DNA of 53,030 nt, counting the filler, from Basidioascus undulatus (taxonomy: Eukaryota), in the NCBI GenBank assembly GCA_000826855.1. It is 3 parts of 3 records of this genome, joined end to end, with 100 filler letters (N's around TTAATTAATTAA, not from the genome) between each part and the next. Parts side by side here need not be neighbours in the genome. Positions count along the whole stretch, not along the records: positions 35,432 to 53,030 come from JTLS01000522.1; 2 more parts are not named here. One strand, 5' to 3'. The notes beneath the pieces are model-generated. The model had not been told where the DNA came from. It saw only the letters and a program-made list of their open reading frames with translations, and did not search any database. The translations under genes and the position numbers were made by a program. Shown here piece after piece: positions 35,464 to 46,306 of the stretch. Each line of letters begins with the position of its first letter. Within the stretch, counting starts at the first letter, position 1.

Positions 35464-37272
35464 ATGCCCCAGGCCCCGCCAGTGCACCACCTCTCCTCCT
35501 CCACGAGCGCCAGCGGCAGCGGCGCGAGCAGCGCCGGCGGCGTGGGCGGTGCGGCGGGCTCCAACGGCGCGCCGCTGCACTCGCCGTGCCTCCTCCACTC
35601 GGGGCTCGAGAAGGGCGCGTCGGAGCTAGCCGACTTTGACCGCCGCCTGCCGGGCGCGCCGACGCCTGCGCTCAGCAAGAGCCTCGTCGGCCCGGACAAC
35701 GCCGTCCTGGGCGACACCGCCGGCGAACTCGAGGGCGAGGGCGAGCTCGTGTTTGAGGACAGCGATGACGAGGAGGAGCAGGCGCGCAGGCGCCAGTGCT
35801 TGACGAGGCAGCTCGCCGAGACGGCTGTGGGCGTAAGGGAGATGAGCAAGCAGCTTGGTGAGCCCTTTCTGGAACTTCGGGCGAGAGGGAAGCGCAGGGG
35901 CTGATGCGGTGCGGCCGGAGAGAACAGGTCGAGCGAGAGTCAAGAGCAACATCCAGACGGTCATGATCATCACCAAGGCCCGCGACAACCGCCTCATCAA
36001 GCTCACCCGCGAGCTCGCGATCTGGTGCATGATGACGCCGCGGGAGAACCTGAAAGGGCGTGGTCTGACAGTGTGCGTCTTCCTTCTTGCCACCTCCCTT
36101 CTTCTTTCCGGCCTTTCCTCTTTTTCTTCCTACCTCGTTCACGCCCTTTGTTCTGACACGCGCGCGAGGAAACCAAACAGCTACGTCGACTCCCAGCTTC
36201 GCAACTCGAAGCGGTTCGACGCCGAGGGCCTGAAGCGCGACTACCCGCACCTCTTCGAGCCCCGCCCGCGCTCGCACTCGCATTCGGCGTCCGCGGCGGG
36301 GTCGAGCACGGACCTGCGCGGGATGGAGCAGCTCAGCATGAGCATGACGAGCACGTCCTCCGTCCTCTCGTCTAGCACTGCGGGCGACGGCCCGAGGCGG
36401 AAGGGCACTGCCCTGCCGGGGGAGGAGGGCCAGTTACGGTACTGGACGCCGGAGATGTGCACAAGGAGCCCGCATCTCTTCGATATCGTCGTCACTGTGC
36501 GTTTGGACTCGTCTTTCGCTTCCTTCCTGCCCCTCCCATCCTCCAGCGGACTGATGGTTGGTACGACGGGCGCAGCTCGGAGGCGACGGCACCGTCCTCT
36601 TCACGTCCTGGCTCTTCCAGCACATCGTCCCGCCCGTCCTGCCCTTCGCGCTCGGCTCGCTCGGCTTCCTCACCAACTTCGACTTCAGCGACTACCCGCA
36701 GGTGATCAACTCTGCGATCAACGACGGCGTGCGCGTCAACCTCCGCATGCGTTTCACGTGCACCATCTACCGGCGCGTCGCTTCTTCCTACCCTTTCCCC
36801 TCCTCTTCTACCTTCTTAGTTCGGGGGCTGATCGTTGGGTACACGGGGCTTCAGCGCCATCTCCCCCGACGAAGCCTCCGTGTGCGCGACCGAGCGCCGG
36901 CGCGCGATCCGGCGGGGCGAGACGGGCGAGATCCTGATGCGCAACATCGAGCGGGGGGGGTGGGAGTCGGTCGAGGGCAACTCTGCGCCCGGGCTCCCGC
37001 CCGGCGGAAAGAAGCGCGACAAGGAGATCATGTGCTTCTCGACGCGTCCCGCAGAGACGTTCGAGGTCCTCAACGACCTTGTTGTGGACCGCGGGCCCAG
37101 CCCGTATGTCAGTCAGCTGGAGCTGTTCGGTGAGTCAGGAGGCGAGAGGGGGCGAGGAGGGAGTGGGAACGTTGATGTGCGGTGTGGGACAACAGGCGAC
37201 GAGCACCACATGACGACCGTCCAAGCGGACGGCCTGACAGTCGCCACGCCCACGGGGTCCACCGCCTACTCT
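35464..37272 (+). CDS. NAD(+)/NADH kinase (Utr1/Yef1-like), C-terminal part missing; 5' end possibly cut by the gap
   Basis: LAETAVGVREMSKQLG, VMIITKARD, LGGDGTVLFTSWLFQ..PFALGSLGFLT, EVLNDLVVDRGPSPY and VQADGLTVATPTGSTAYS. The expected LSAGG.. continuation is absent. Confidence 0.93.
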
Positions 37273-37367
37273 GTTCGTTCTCCTCTCCTTCCCCTCCTCC
37301 CCTCTCCCTCCCCGTCCTTCTCCTTCTTCGCCCCCCGGCGGCTTACTCGGGTAGGGAGCGTCGACAG

Positions 37368-38973
37368 TACCAGATCCGCATCTGCCCCGCGCTCCTCCTG
37401 AAGCCGACCGCGCCCCCGCCGGGCGTGAGCGTGTCGGACAAGCGCACGGACGGGTCCGAGTCGCCGTCGCCATCGCAGGCGGGAGAGGTGGCGCAGAAGA
37501 AGAAGGAAAAGAAGGACGTCTTCGCGCCGCCCTACGTGCCTAATCTGCATGTGCTTGACGTCAAGGCGGACGGGGGGGAGGAGTACGTCATCCTCGTGCG
37601 TCTTCTCTCTTCTGGGAAGGCGGAGGAGGAGGCTGATGTGCGGTGAGTTGGGTGGGTGGGCAGTTGAACAAGTACATGGTCGTCCGGAACCACTTCATGC
37701 TCGCTACGAAAGGTGCGGCTTGCCGCCCCCAGGATCGGGGACGAGGTCCGGGTGTGAGCTGATGGTGGGTTTGGTTGTGTGGGAGCGCACCAGACTTCGT
37801 ACCCCAGACGTCGCCCCTCTTCCCCGCGGACCTCCTTCTCGCACGGCGGATACTGGAGGCGTATAAAGCGCAGGGGACGGACTTGCTGTGCTTCTTCAAT
37901 TGCGGGGAGAAGGCATGTCCCTCCTTCTCTCCCCCTACCCTCCATTCCTTCCCTCCTTCCCTCCCTTCCTTCCACCGCTCCCTGCAACTCCTCTCCTGCT
38001 TCCCTCCCCTCCTTCCTTTTCCCTGTCTTCCCTTCTGCTTCCCATATCCCCTCCTCTGGACCCTCCCGGCCTGCCCACCCACGCTGAAATGAGCTGACCG
38101 TGCGCTGTGGGGTGCGGGCAAACGTTTAGAGCGGAGCAAGCCAGCCGCACAAGCATATCCAGTTCCTCCCGCTCGACGCCGAGGGATGCCCGATCGAGAA
38201 GCTCGCCCAAAGTGTGCATGTCGACCGGGAAGGTGCGTCTTCTCTTCCCCCCTCCTCTCTTTCCCCTTCCCCTCTATAAAGCCTCTCCCTCCTCCCCCGT
38301 CCGTTTCTGCTTCATCCCAAACCAACCCTGATCCGCTTTAAACCGGAACACAGACAAGCCCTTCTCCCTCTCCTCCCTGCCATACGCGCACTTCCTCTCG
38401 CGCCTGCGCTCTCTCCCGCGCGCCTCGTCCCACCCGGACGCGCTCGCCGCCGAGCTGGGCAACAGGTTCATGAGCTTGCTCGACGCGCAGGTGGACACGT
38501 ACCGGCGCCTACCGGACGCGCCGCGGCCGCCGTGGAGCTACAGTGCGTTTCTCTCCCTCACGCTCTCCTTCCATCTGAGAGAGAAGTGCTGATTGTGAGG
38601 GAGTGCACGTGGGGTGTGGGGGATAGATGTTCTGATGACCTGGGACCACCTCTACCTTTTCCCGCGCTCGCACGAGTCGTTCACGATCGCCCCCGAGGCG
38701 GGCGAGGGATGGCAGATGCCGGTGAACAGTCTGGGCTACGCAGGGATGCTCGTTCGTCTTCCCTCCTCCCTCTTCAGTCTTCCATCTTCCCTCATCCTTC
38801 CTCCGACGGTTTCTCACCGCTCGGACGTGGCGCTGCAGCTCGTGCGCCGAGAGGCGGAGCTCAAGGGCATCGAGACCGCCGGCGGCGTGTGCGCAATCCT
38901 GAGCTACATCGGCTTCCCCAAGGTCGAGATCCCCGAAGAGTCCACGCTCGACAACGGGTTCTTGGCACAGTAG
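37368..38973 (+). CDS. Diadenosine tetraphosphate phosphorylase / ATP adenylyltransferase (Apa1/Apa2-like), N-terminal exon(s) missing
   Basis: YQIRICPAL, DVFAPPYVPNLH, LNKYMVVRNHFML, PQTSPL, FFNCGEK|SGASQPHKHIQF (HxHxQ), SYNVLMT..PR and VNSLGYAGMLLVR; TAG ending 38973. Confidence 0.9.
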
Positions 38974-39284
38974 TAGAGCGCAGTGAGCGGGTCCGGAATG
39001 CATGGCTAGATCGCTGCTTGGCTGTCTGTCGCCGGTGCGGATTGTTTGGATTGGGCAACTCGATGAGAGAGAAGAGGGTAAGATAGGGAAGAGAGACAGA
39101 GAGGGACATGGAGGGTAATAAACTACTAAGAAGATGGGAACGCGTTCCCGGAGGAATTTTTCTGAAAATGATCGCGGGATCGTCCGAGATGTGAAAGCCA
39201 GCTAACAATTTTACACTACGAGCCGCAGTGGTAGCAAAGAAACCGCTCAAGAAATCCTACACGCAGCTGCTCCTCCCTCAACCG

Positions 39285-40339
39285 CTACTCCCCGTCCGTC
39301 TCGCCCCCCTCCGCGGTCGCGCCCGCATTCATCCGGCGCCGCTTGTTGCCCGAGCAGAACGCGGCGAAGACGGGGCCCATCTCGCTGTCGGTGCGGCGCT
39401 TGAGCGCGCGCTGGTGCGCACCGATCTGGGCCTCTACGGCCGCGAGCGTCGCCTCCAGCGCGGAAACGTCTGGGACGGGGGCGCGTGAGCGCGCGCGCGT
39501 TTGGCGCGGGGGCGAGATGCGCGAGAGGAGGCTTGGGGTGGAGGGAGGCGGGGGCGCAGCCTTCGGGATGGAGGGTAGTGCTGTTGCGTTAGATCGAGGT
39601 CGAGTGGACTTTACGAATGGGGGAGAGAACTAAAGGAAGGCGTACGGAGACACTGCTTATAGAGCTCTGAGAGTAAAAGGGCAACCCGTCGTCGTCGTCG
39701 TCGTCCTCCTCGTCCTCATCCTCCTCCAAGCCGTGCCATTCCTGCCCGTCCCACTGTGCCGCGTCCTCGTCGACATCCGCCTCGACCGGCTGCGCAGCGA
39801 CCAGCCCATCCGCGCCATCTTCGTGTGCGCCCTGGCAGTGTGCCCGCGCAGTCCGGTACAGGCCCGCAATGAAGCTGTTCGCGAGGCGGAGGATCTCGAC
39901 GCCCCGCCGGCCAAGGCGCGCGAGCACGCGGACGACCCTCGGGCGGATGCCTTCGGCAATGAGGAGGAAGATGAAGAGGGCGGCTAGGGACTCGGGCGTG
40001 CTACATGCGTCCCTCCAGGTGTAAGCTTCCCAGAATGTCGGAGAGATGAGGGAAGGCGGATCTTACCGCAGGAAGGACGTCTTGAGATGCTCGGGGAGAG
40101 CGCCGTGCAGCACGGTGAGGAACGTCGACGCCGCGCCCTCGGGGAGGAGTGGGCCAATGAGCTCGTAGCCCTGCGCGAGCAGTTCAAGCGAGCGTGAGCC
40201 CGAGTGCCGGGCCAGGTCGCGAAGGAGGGTCTCTGTGTTCCCCGCACAATCAGTCGACGACGCTCCATGGCACGGCGCAGCGGGACGATGAGGAAGACGC
40301 ACCGTAGAGCTCCCGGTTGTTGTTGTTGTTAGCGTCCAT
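39285..40339 (-). CDS. Hypothetical protein, 4 exons, one hydrophobic segment and an acidic tract
   Basis: MDANNNNNRELY|ETLLRDLARH..FLR|TPESLAALFIFLLIAEG..EDEDEEDDDDDD..|..FCSGNKRRRM..GE*, with canonical splice signals. Confidence 0.6.
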
Positions 40340-41564
40340 TCTTGAAGACTTTGTCGATAGGATTCTTGAGGAACCGTCGGCGAGGTCGTACCTTGAGTCT
40401 TGAGGTCTTGAGCGGGCGAAGGGGAATCGCTAGCGAGGATGGTGACAGTGTGAAGGCAGGTGAGGGAAGTTCGGGGATTGGGGCATTGAGTGCTTTCAAC
40501 TTTCAGCGGCATCGCTTGCTCGCAGGCGAGGTGAGTTTCTTTGATTAGGGCACACTCGGAATGGTTTGGCACGTTTAGCCCGCGTTGCAGATTTAGGGAA
40601 ATGCCGGTTGTTGTGGAAGAAAGAACGGGCGTAGTACGAAATAGAGACGCGGCGAGTCAAGAGTCAGGCTCGGTTCCGGAAGCGGATGCGCTTGTACGCG
40701 ACGCGGACGCGTAGCAGGAAATGAAAGGCGGTGTCAACGTGTTGCCGTCGCAGTGCGGAGAGTGATCAACTTGGATCAACAGCTGTCTATCTGTAAAGGT
40801 CTTTGCAGGTGTTACTTACGTGATTTGGTGCTCTTTTTCCAACTGGTACAATTGTGTACAAATGAAAACTAATGTCGCTCCGCTTTGTAGAGTAAACTTA
40901 CTGCGGCCGTGAACCGTCGAAGATTCCACTCCACGGCCACAATGGTTCACCTTTTGATTACGTTGGTTTAAGGATGGTATATCCAAGTACGTATGATCCA
41001 AAGTTAAGGACGAGCAGGTTTAGTAGAGGTTTCGCTTGTCAATCCAGTGGTGCCACGAGGCCTTCTGGATGCTGCGCCCGCCTTCAAAAGAGGGAAGATG
41101 GTTGTATTACATTTCAGGAGTGCAAAGATTCGATAAACTTACAAAAATTCACAAAACAAGAGAAGGCAGGGGTTTTGTATGTCGAACTGCTAGGTTGCGC
41201 AGTGGTATTAGACGAAGCAGCGACATGCGAAGTTGTTACTGCTGCCTACTGGTGCATATTGAATGGTATTGGTGCACTGGGAAAGTTCTCTTAACCTCAT
41301 GGAGGCTTTTAGCATCTTCTTTAGCTCCTGCAGGGATCAAAGTTGGTGCAATTCAACCTTCCAACAGCTCTTTCTGGGGTTAAGAGCTCATGTCACTTGC
41401 ATTGGTCAGATACTACTGTGACGTTGCCGAGGATCGAATATGCAAGGTTACTGAATAAATAAACAAAGCAGCACAGCTGTTTCAAAAAATTGATAAATAG
41501 GCCCATAAATTGACCCAGTCGTAACGCCAGGACTCAGCTTCTACATTTTCTGATCCCAACGAGT

Positions 41565-42240
41565 CTACACCCTCCCATATACCACTCCAACTTTCCTGGG
41601 CAGGCTGTCCAGCTGCCTCAAGCTCTTTACCACCTCATGCAGGGCCATCCAATTTCTGGGTACCCCCACGCTTAGCGTGTTCAGTGCCGGGGCATATTTG
41701 TATTTGCGGCGCAGGAAATCGTCGAAAGTCCAAACATGTTTTTCGAGGGTTGTGTCCATGCAGAAGTCGAGCTCCTCCAGGGTGGTGGGAAGGTTCCTAA
41801 GCAAAGTGGTATCCACGAGGGTCGAGAGGGGTACCGCGAGAACGCGTAGCGCTGCATAGTCGACGAGGGAAGTGATTCTAATCGTGAGGTGGTCGAGCTT
41901 GAGTGCGTGAGCGTGCCGCGCGCGTCCTCCAGCTCAGAATGCAGCACCTTCTCGTGAAGCTCTATCCCGCTGTCGGCTGCGCCAAGTGTGAAGCGCTTGA
42001 GGGCTTTCGGAACACGAAGCAAGCCGATCATTCCCTCGAGCAAGTTGCTCGAGCTCTCTGCAAGCTGGACCTCTCAGGCCTCCTGATCACGGCTGTACCA
42101 ACCATGTACTTGTATCTATTGGAAAACTTCGGGAACACTCAGATGTTTGGCTCGCCAGACGTCTTTCTGACCTATCGTAGAGCTTCGGTCAAATCCGTCG
42201 ACAGCTGCACAGCTGCAGCAAGCAGCCACAACCTCCGAAG
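41565..42240 (-). pseudogene. Decayed leucine-rich-repeat-like (F-box/RNI-type C-terminal) gene
   Basis: LLRVPKALKRFTL..TLTH/LKLDHL..SLVDYAALRVLAVPL..LLRNLPTTLEELDF needs a 1-nt insertion near 41903. In-frame stops lie upstream. Confidence 0.5.
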
Positions 42241-42811
42241 TCCCTAGGTCCATAGGTTTATGATAATGTGTGGCTGTGAACGCCGTAGGTACTGTATACT
42301 CCCAAAACATAACTAGCGTGTAAGCAGCGACACGCTGAGCGGTCGTTGGGCAAGGCCATATTAGGGCATCGCGTCTGGTTTCTAGCCTTTTCAGTTACTC
42401 TTTTGGGATCTATTGGAAGATTTTTACCCTCATAGTCATTTATAAGCCCCAAAAGCTCAAGTTTCAGAAATGGGAAACGAAGCGGTCCTTGCCTAGGTGA
42501 GGATGGTCGCAATTGTCCGCTGGGGGTGTTACTGGTCAAGCCCGCTTGGGAGACACTCCGGGGACTATTTGTTGCAGAAAGAAGTTATACGTAAGTTTCA
42601 ATATGGTTGAGTAGATATAGGACACCGAAGGGCACCCGCAGTCTCCGCGGATGCTTGTAAGTCTAGGCACAGTCTTTCGGGCTCCACCTTCGTGAGGAGC
42701 ATTCGCAAGTGCGGCACAGTATTTTCGTTTTTAAGTATGGCAAGCTGAGTAAAGTACCGGAAGAGGTCTGTATTAGATTGTACACACTTCCCTGCGGTGC
42801 CAGGTCTCTTG

Positions 42812-44272
42812 TCAAATTGCTCGAAGATCTTCCGTTGCGTACTTTGACGTGTAAAGGTCACGGCTTGAATTTCTAGAAAAACTTTGGGTCTTTCCGTAGG
42901 CCAATGGCATACCGGAGAAAGTGCTGGGTGCAACTGCTGTGGACTTGGGTTGCAACTGCTCACGCACAGGTCTGAACCAGTTCCAAGCTCTAGAAGGAGC
43001 TACATGTTTGAGCAACGCCCAAAGCCCACCAGATCTATAGTCCCAACCAGTGTCTACATCTTCGCCAGTCCCGCTGCCCACGACGGAGAATGCTACTTGG
43101 CTTGTGGCCTCGGTATAATACTCTCCAACGACGTTCTCCGTAAACCACAGCGGCGACGTCAAGCTCAGCCAGGCTGCGACCCAACAGTACCCGACCCAGG
43201 CGGACCTGTTGCCCATGTTAAAGCGCCGCTCGAGGAGGGTTCCGACGGGCTAAAGAAGGAAGAATGCGATCGTCCCGAGTTCGAGACGCCCGCCGCTTAG
43301 CGCGAAGGTGTTCCCTGCATGAGGACATGCATCGGGGTTGACAAGCGCTTACGAGGCCGAGCAGAGGAAGGCTCCTACGCGGATCACATTCGAGAAAGGT
43401 GTGTAAGTCCGAGTGCGGTAACGAACGCAGTAGGTACAACGGTGAAAGGCTGTGCAATCACTCATCCCCCTCAGTGAGTGAACTCGTTGCGCTCTACACC
43501 AAAGCCTGCTCACCCTCCTGAAACAGCCATGCCATGTCTTACTCCAAAACCCAGCAACAGAAGTTGTGTTCCCACAGATTGACCCAAAAAGGAGCGGACA
43601 TTCGCTGGGCCCCGCTGCGGCTCCAAGAATGCACAGCTGGAGGTAGGGCAGCTCCATCGCCGCCCCAATTAGGATACCATGAAGGAGTACGAGCGGCGTG
43701 TACAGGAAAAGCTTGTCGGATGACCGGACGAAGAGTACGTCCAGCGTGTCCGCGACGATGTACGTCACGCACTAGCGCAGCGTTGTCCGGAGCACGAAGC
43801 CCGTCCGCGATCGTGACGAGTCAGAGAGTTGTGGAACGTTTCGAACGCGGTGCGTCCACCCGATACCGCGTAGGGTGTTCCACAGGCCAGCGGCCCACTC
43901 GAGGCGCGACGGCCGACCCTCGGGGATGTCCGACTCGCCCGCGCGTCGGAACATCGTGTGAGGGTGTCCGGAACGAGAGGAGTAGCTCTGTGCCTCGCAA
44001 GGTTATGAGCATGGAGTAATAGGCGAATGCCAGGCGGGAAGAGGGGCTGCGGCGTAGCTTTTCTCAGCATCTGGCTTCAAAGGTGTCTCAGGCCAGACCA
44101 CGTACTACATGTCCTTGTGAGAGCGCAGCGAATTATATGAGAATGGTGATAGAGGTAGAGGCCGAAAGGGGAATCCAAGCTGAAATGCGCGGGAGCGACT
44201 GGTGTGGCCGATGATTTGGATAGCGATGGCGAGGAGGATGCTGACTTGGTACGAATGGCTGTAGGCCAGCAT
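42812..44272 (-). pseudogene. Wax-synthase-type MBOAT O-acyltransferase (MBOAT_2) pseudogene
   Basis: LEWAAGLWNTLRGIGW, PLLFGS..SVAGFWSKTWHGCFRR, FFLL*PVGTLLE and WVGYCWVAAWL. In-frame TAG at 43772-43774 and 43250-43252, plus a frameshift near 43955-43965. Confidence 0.8.
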
Positions 44273-44834
44273 GTTGACCGTCTTCTCAGAATACAGGTGA
44301 GGAGGAAAACTACTTTCATATGGCCGCCGGTGGTTCCGCGTTGAATAGCTTTTGTATCGGCCTTCAGCGTGTCGGCGAGCACGGCGTGGCACGAAATGGA
44401 CACGACTGCAGGGTCCGCTTCGCTGGCGGCTTTTAACGAGTAGTGTGTCATATAGATACACCTGTTGGTAAGCAGTTGCTGATGCGTCTGTGTTGATGAT
44501 GTTGAACGCTGCGACAAAGCTTGATACTCAATTGTTGATACTCGTCGCAGTCTCCAGCTGACCCGAATGGCAGTGTCGGAAGGTCGCGCTTGCTCTCATT
44601 TTCCAAGGCGTCGAGCATCCCGAATGATTCAAAGAAAAATTCCGTTCTAAAGTTCCCAAAACGCCTGAAAGCTGCTTGGCAAGCATATCGCAGTCATGAC
44701 ACTGCGTAGTGAACATGGAAACGAGACAGAGCGTCGTAACGTAGCGAATGTTTACAAGCAATCGTTGGAGCAGCACCTGGCCGCCTGCGACTCAAGCCAT
44801 GAAATACCTTTCGAACCTCTCCCCCGACCATCCG

Positions 44835-45908
44835 CTAAACCTTCTGGTCTACACCAGTGTAGCCGTTGGCTTGGGCGTGAGCGTACGCCTGCGCAGCTGT
44901 GAGCGGGACCAGCCCTGGACCTCCGTACGGAGGCGCATGCTGTTGCAGCAGGCTCGGTCAGCCACCGTCCCCAAGAAAGGGAAGTGAAAGAGACTCACAA
45001 TGTATGGGGGAAGGTATGCTCCATGACTGAAGTTCGTCGGCTGCGGCGACACCGGAAGGGAGACCAGGAGCTCCTGCGTGGGCGACCGGATAACTATAAT
45101 AAGCATGTCGGTTCGGCTAAAAACAGTGTGGGCGCACATACAGCTTTCTTGCGCCACATAGACACCCGTTCCACTGTCCAAGTCAAAGAGGCAACAGATC
45201 CCTTCGTAGTGTCGACGGCGCTGAAGCTACGCAGCAGGCGGTTGAGCTTGATCGTGCCCTGCAACCCGAGCAGAAAGTCAGCTTCAAACGATCTGCCAGG
45301 CCAAAGGAATGGCATTCTCACGTGAATCCTCCAAAACGTCAAAGGGCCCCAAGCGACGAGAAAAAGGCCGATGAGAATGCCCATGAAGGCGAGGCGGATC
45401 TCGACAAGGCTGGCCCCGGAGTTGGCAACAGCGTTGCGGACGAGCGCGAGGATGGGGAAGATCGGGAAGATAGAGAACCTTCCCACCAGTTCCCTCGAAA
45501 TTAGCTGCTGAACGGTATATCCCGTCGGCTCAAGCTCACTCACAGGAGCGCACAACCGAACCAGATCCGCATCCACATCCTCCAGACTCGCTGTTCGAGG
45601 ATGCCGCGCACCGCAGCGATGCGCTCGGACCAGTCCTGCTCGTTGACCTGCACACCCGTCGCTCCTCAGCCCCCTAAGCAAGTGGCTCCCCAGAATCAGC
45701 TCAGCTCACTACACCGTGCAGCTCCAGGGGAAAGTACGGCGGAAGGGCGTTGTCCTTCAGGAGTGTCTGGGACATGGCCAGAGCGTCGTCCACGTCCGCA
45801 GCAGTCAGCATTCACCCGCTGACCTCCGGACACGAGAGGCGGAGTACGCACTACGGCCACGGTGAAACGGTCCTTGCGAACCGCAGAGCTATCGTAGGGG
45901 CCGTACAT
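44835..45908 (-). CDS. Small multi-exon membrane protein, hypothetical
   Basis: Hydrophobic exon SIFPIFPILALVRNAV..LAFMGILIGLFLVAWGPLTFWRIH with GTGAGA/GTATGT donors. Boundaries uncertain. Confidence 0.4.
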
Positions 45909-46306
45909 GCTGGGAGTGGCGTTCGAAGAATGTGCGGGTGATCGTGTGATTGCTGAAATAGAACAGGCGCTGTGATAAAAAGTGCTGGAAGGAGCGCGCA
46001 GCGCCGAGGTATTTACAAGAAGAGAAAGCCGCCTAGGAGAATAAGAACGGAGAGATGAGATGCTCCTCTTGCCGGAAGAGAGACGAGTCGAGGACCGAGG
46101 CTGTGTTTGTGCGGATTGTGCTCAAGCTTGAAGGGGCATCCGAGACTCGGACTGGCCTGTGAGCGGTGCCATGGGACGCTTGCTGCGGCCCCTTCAAGTT
46201 GCCATCGCGGCCCGCCACGCGATTGCTTCCTTTGATTCTCACATTTGCTTTACCGACGAACAGCCCAATGCAGCAGGCACAAACAGTCCATGTATGCTTG
46301 AATGCA

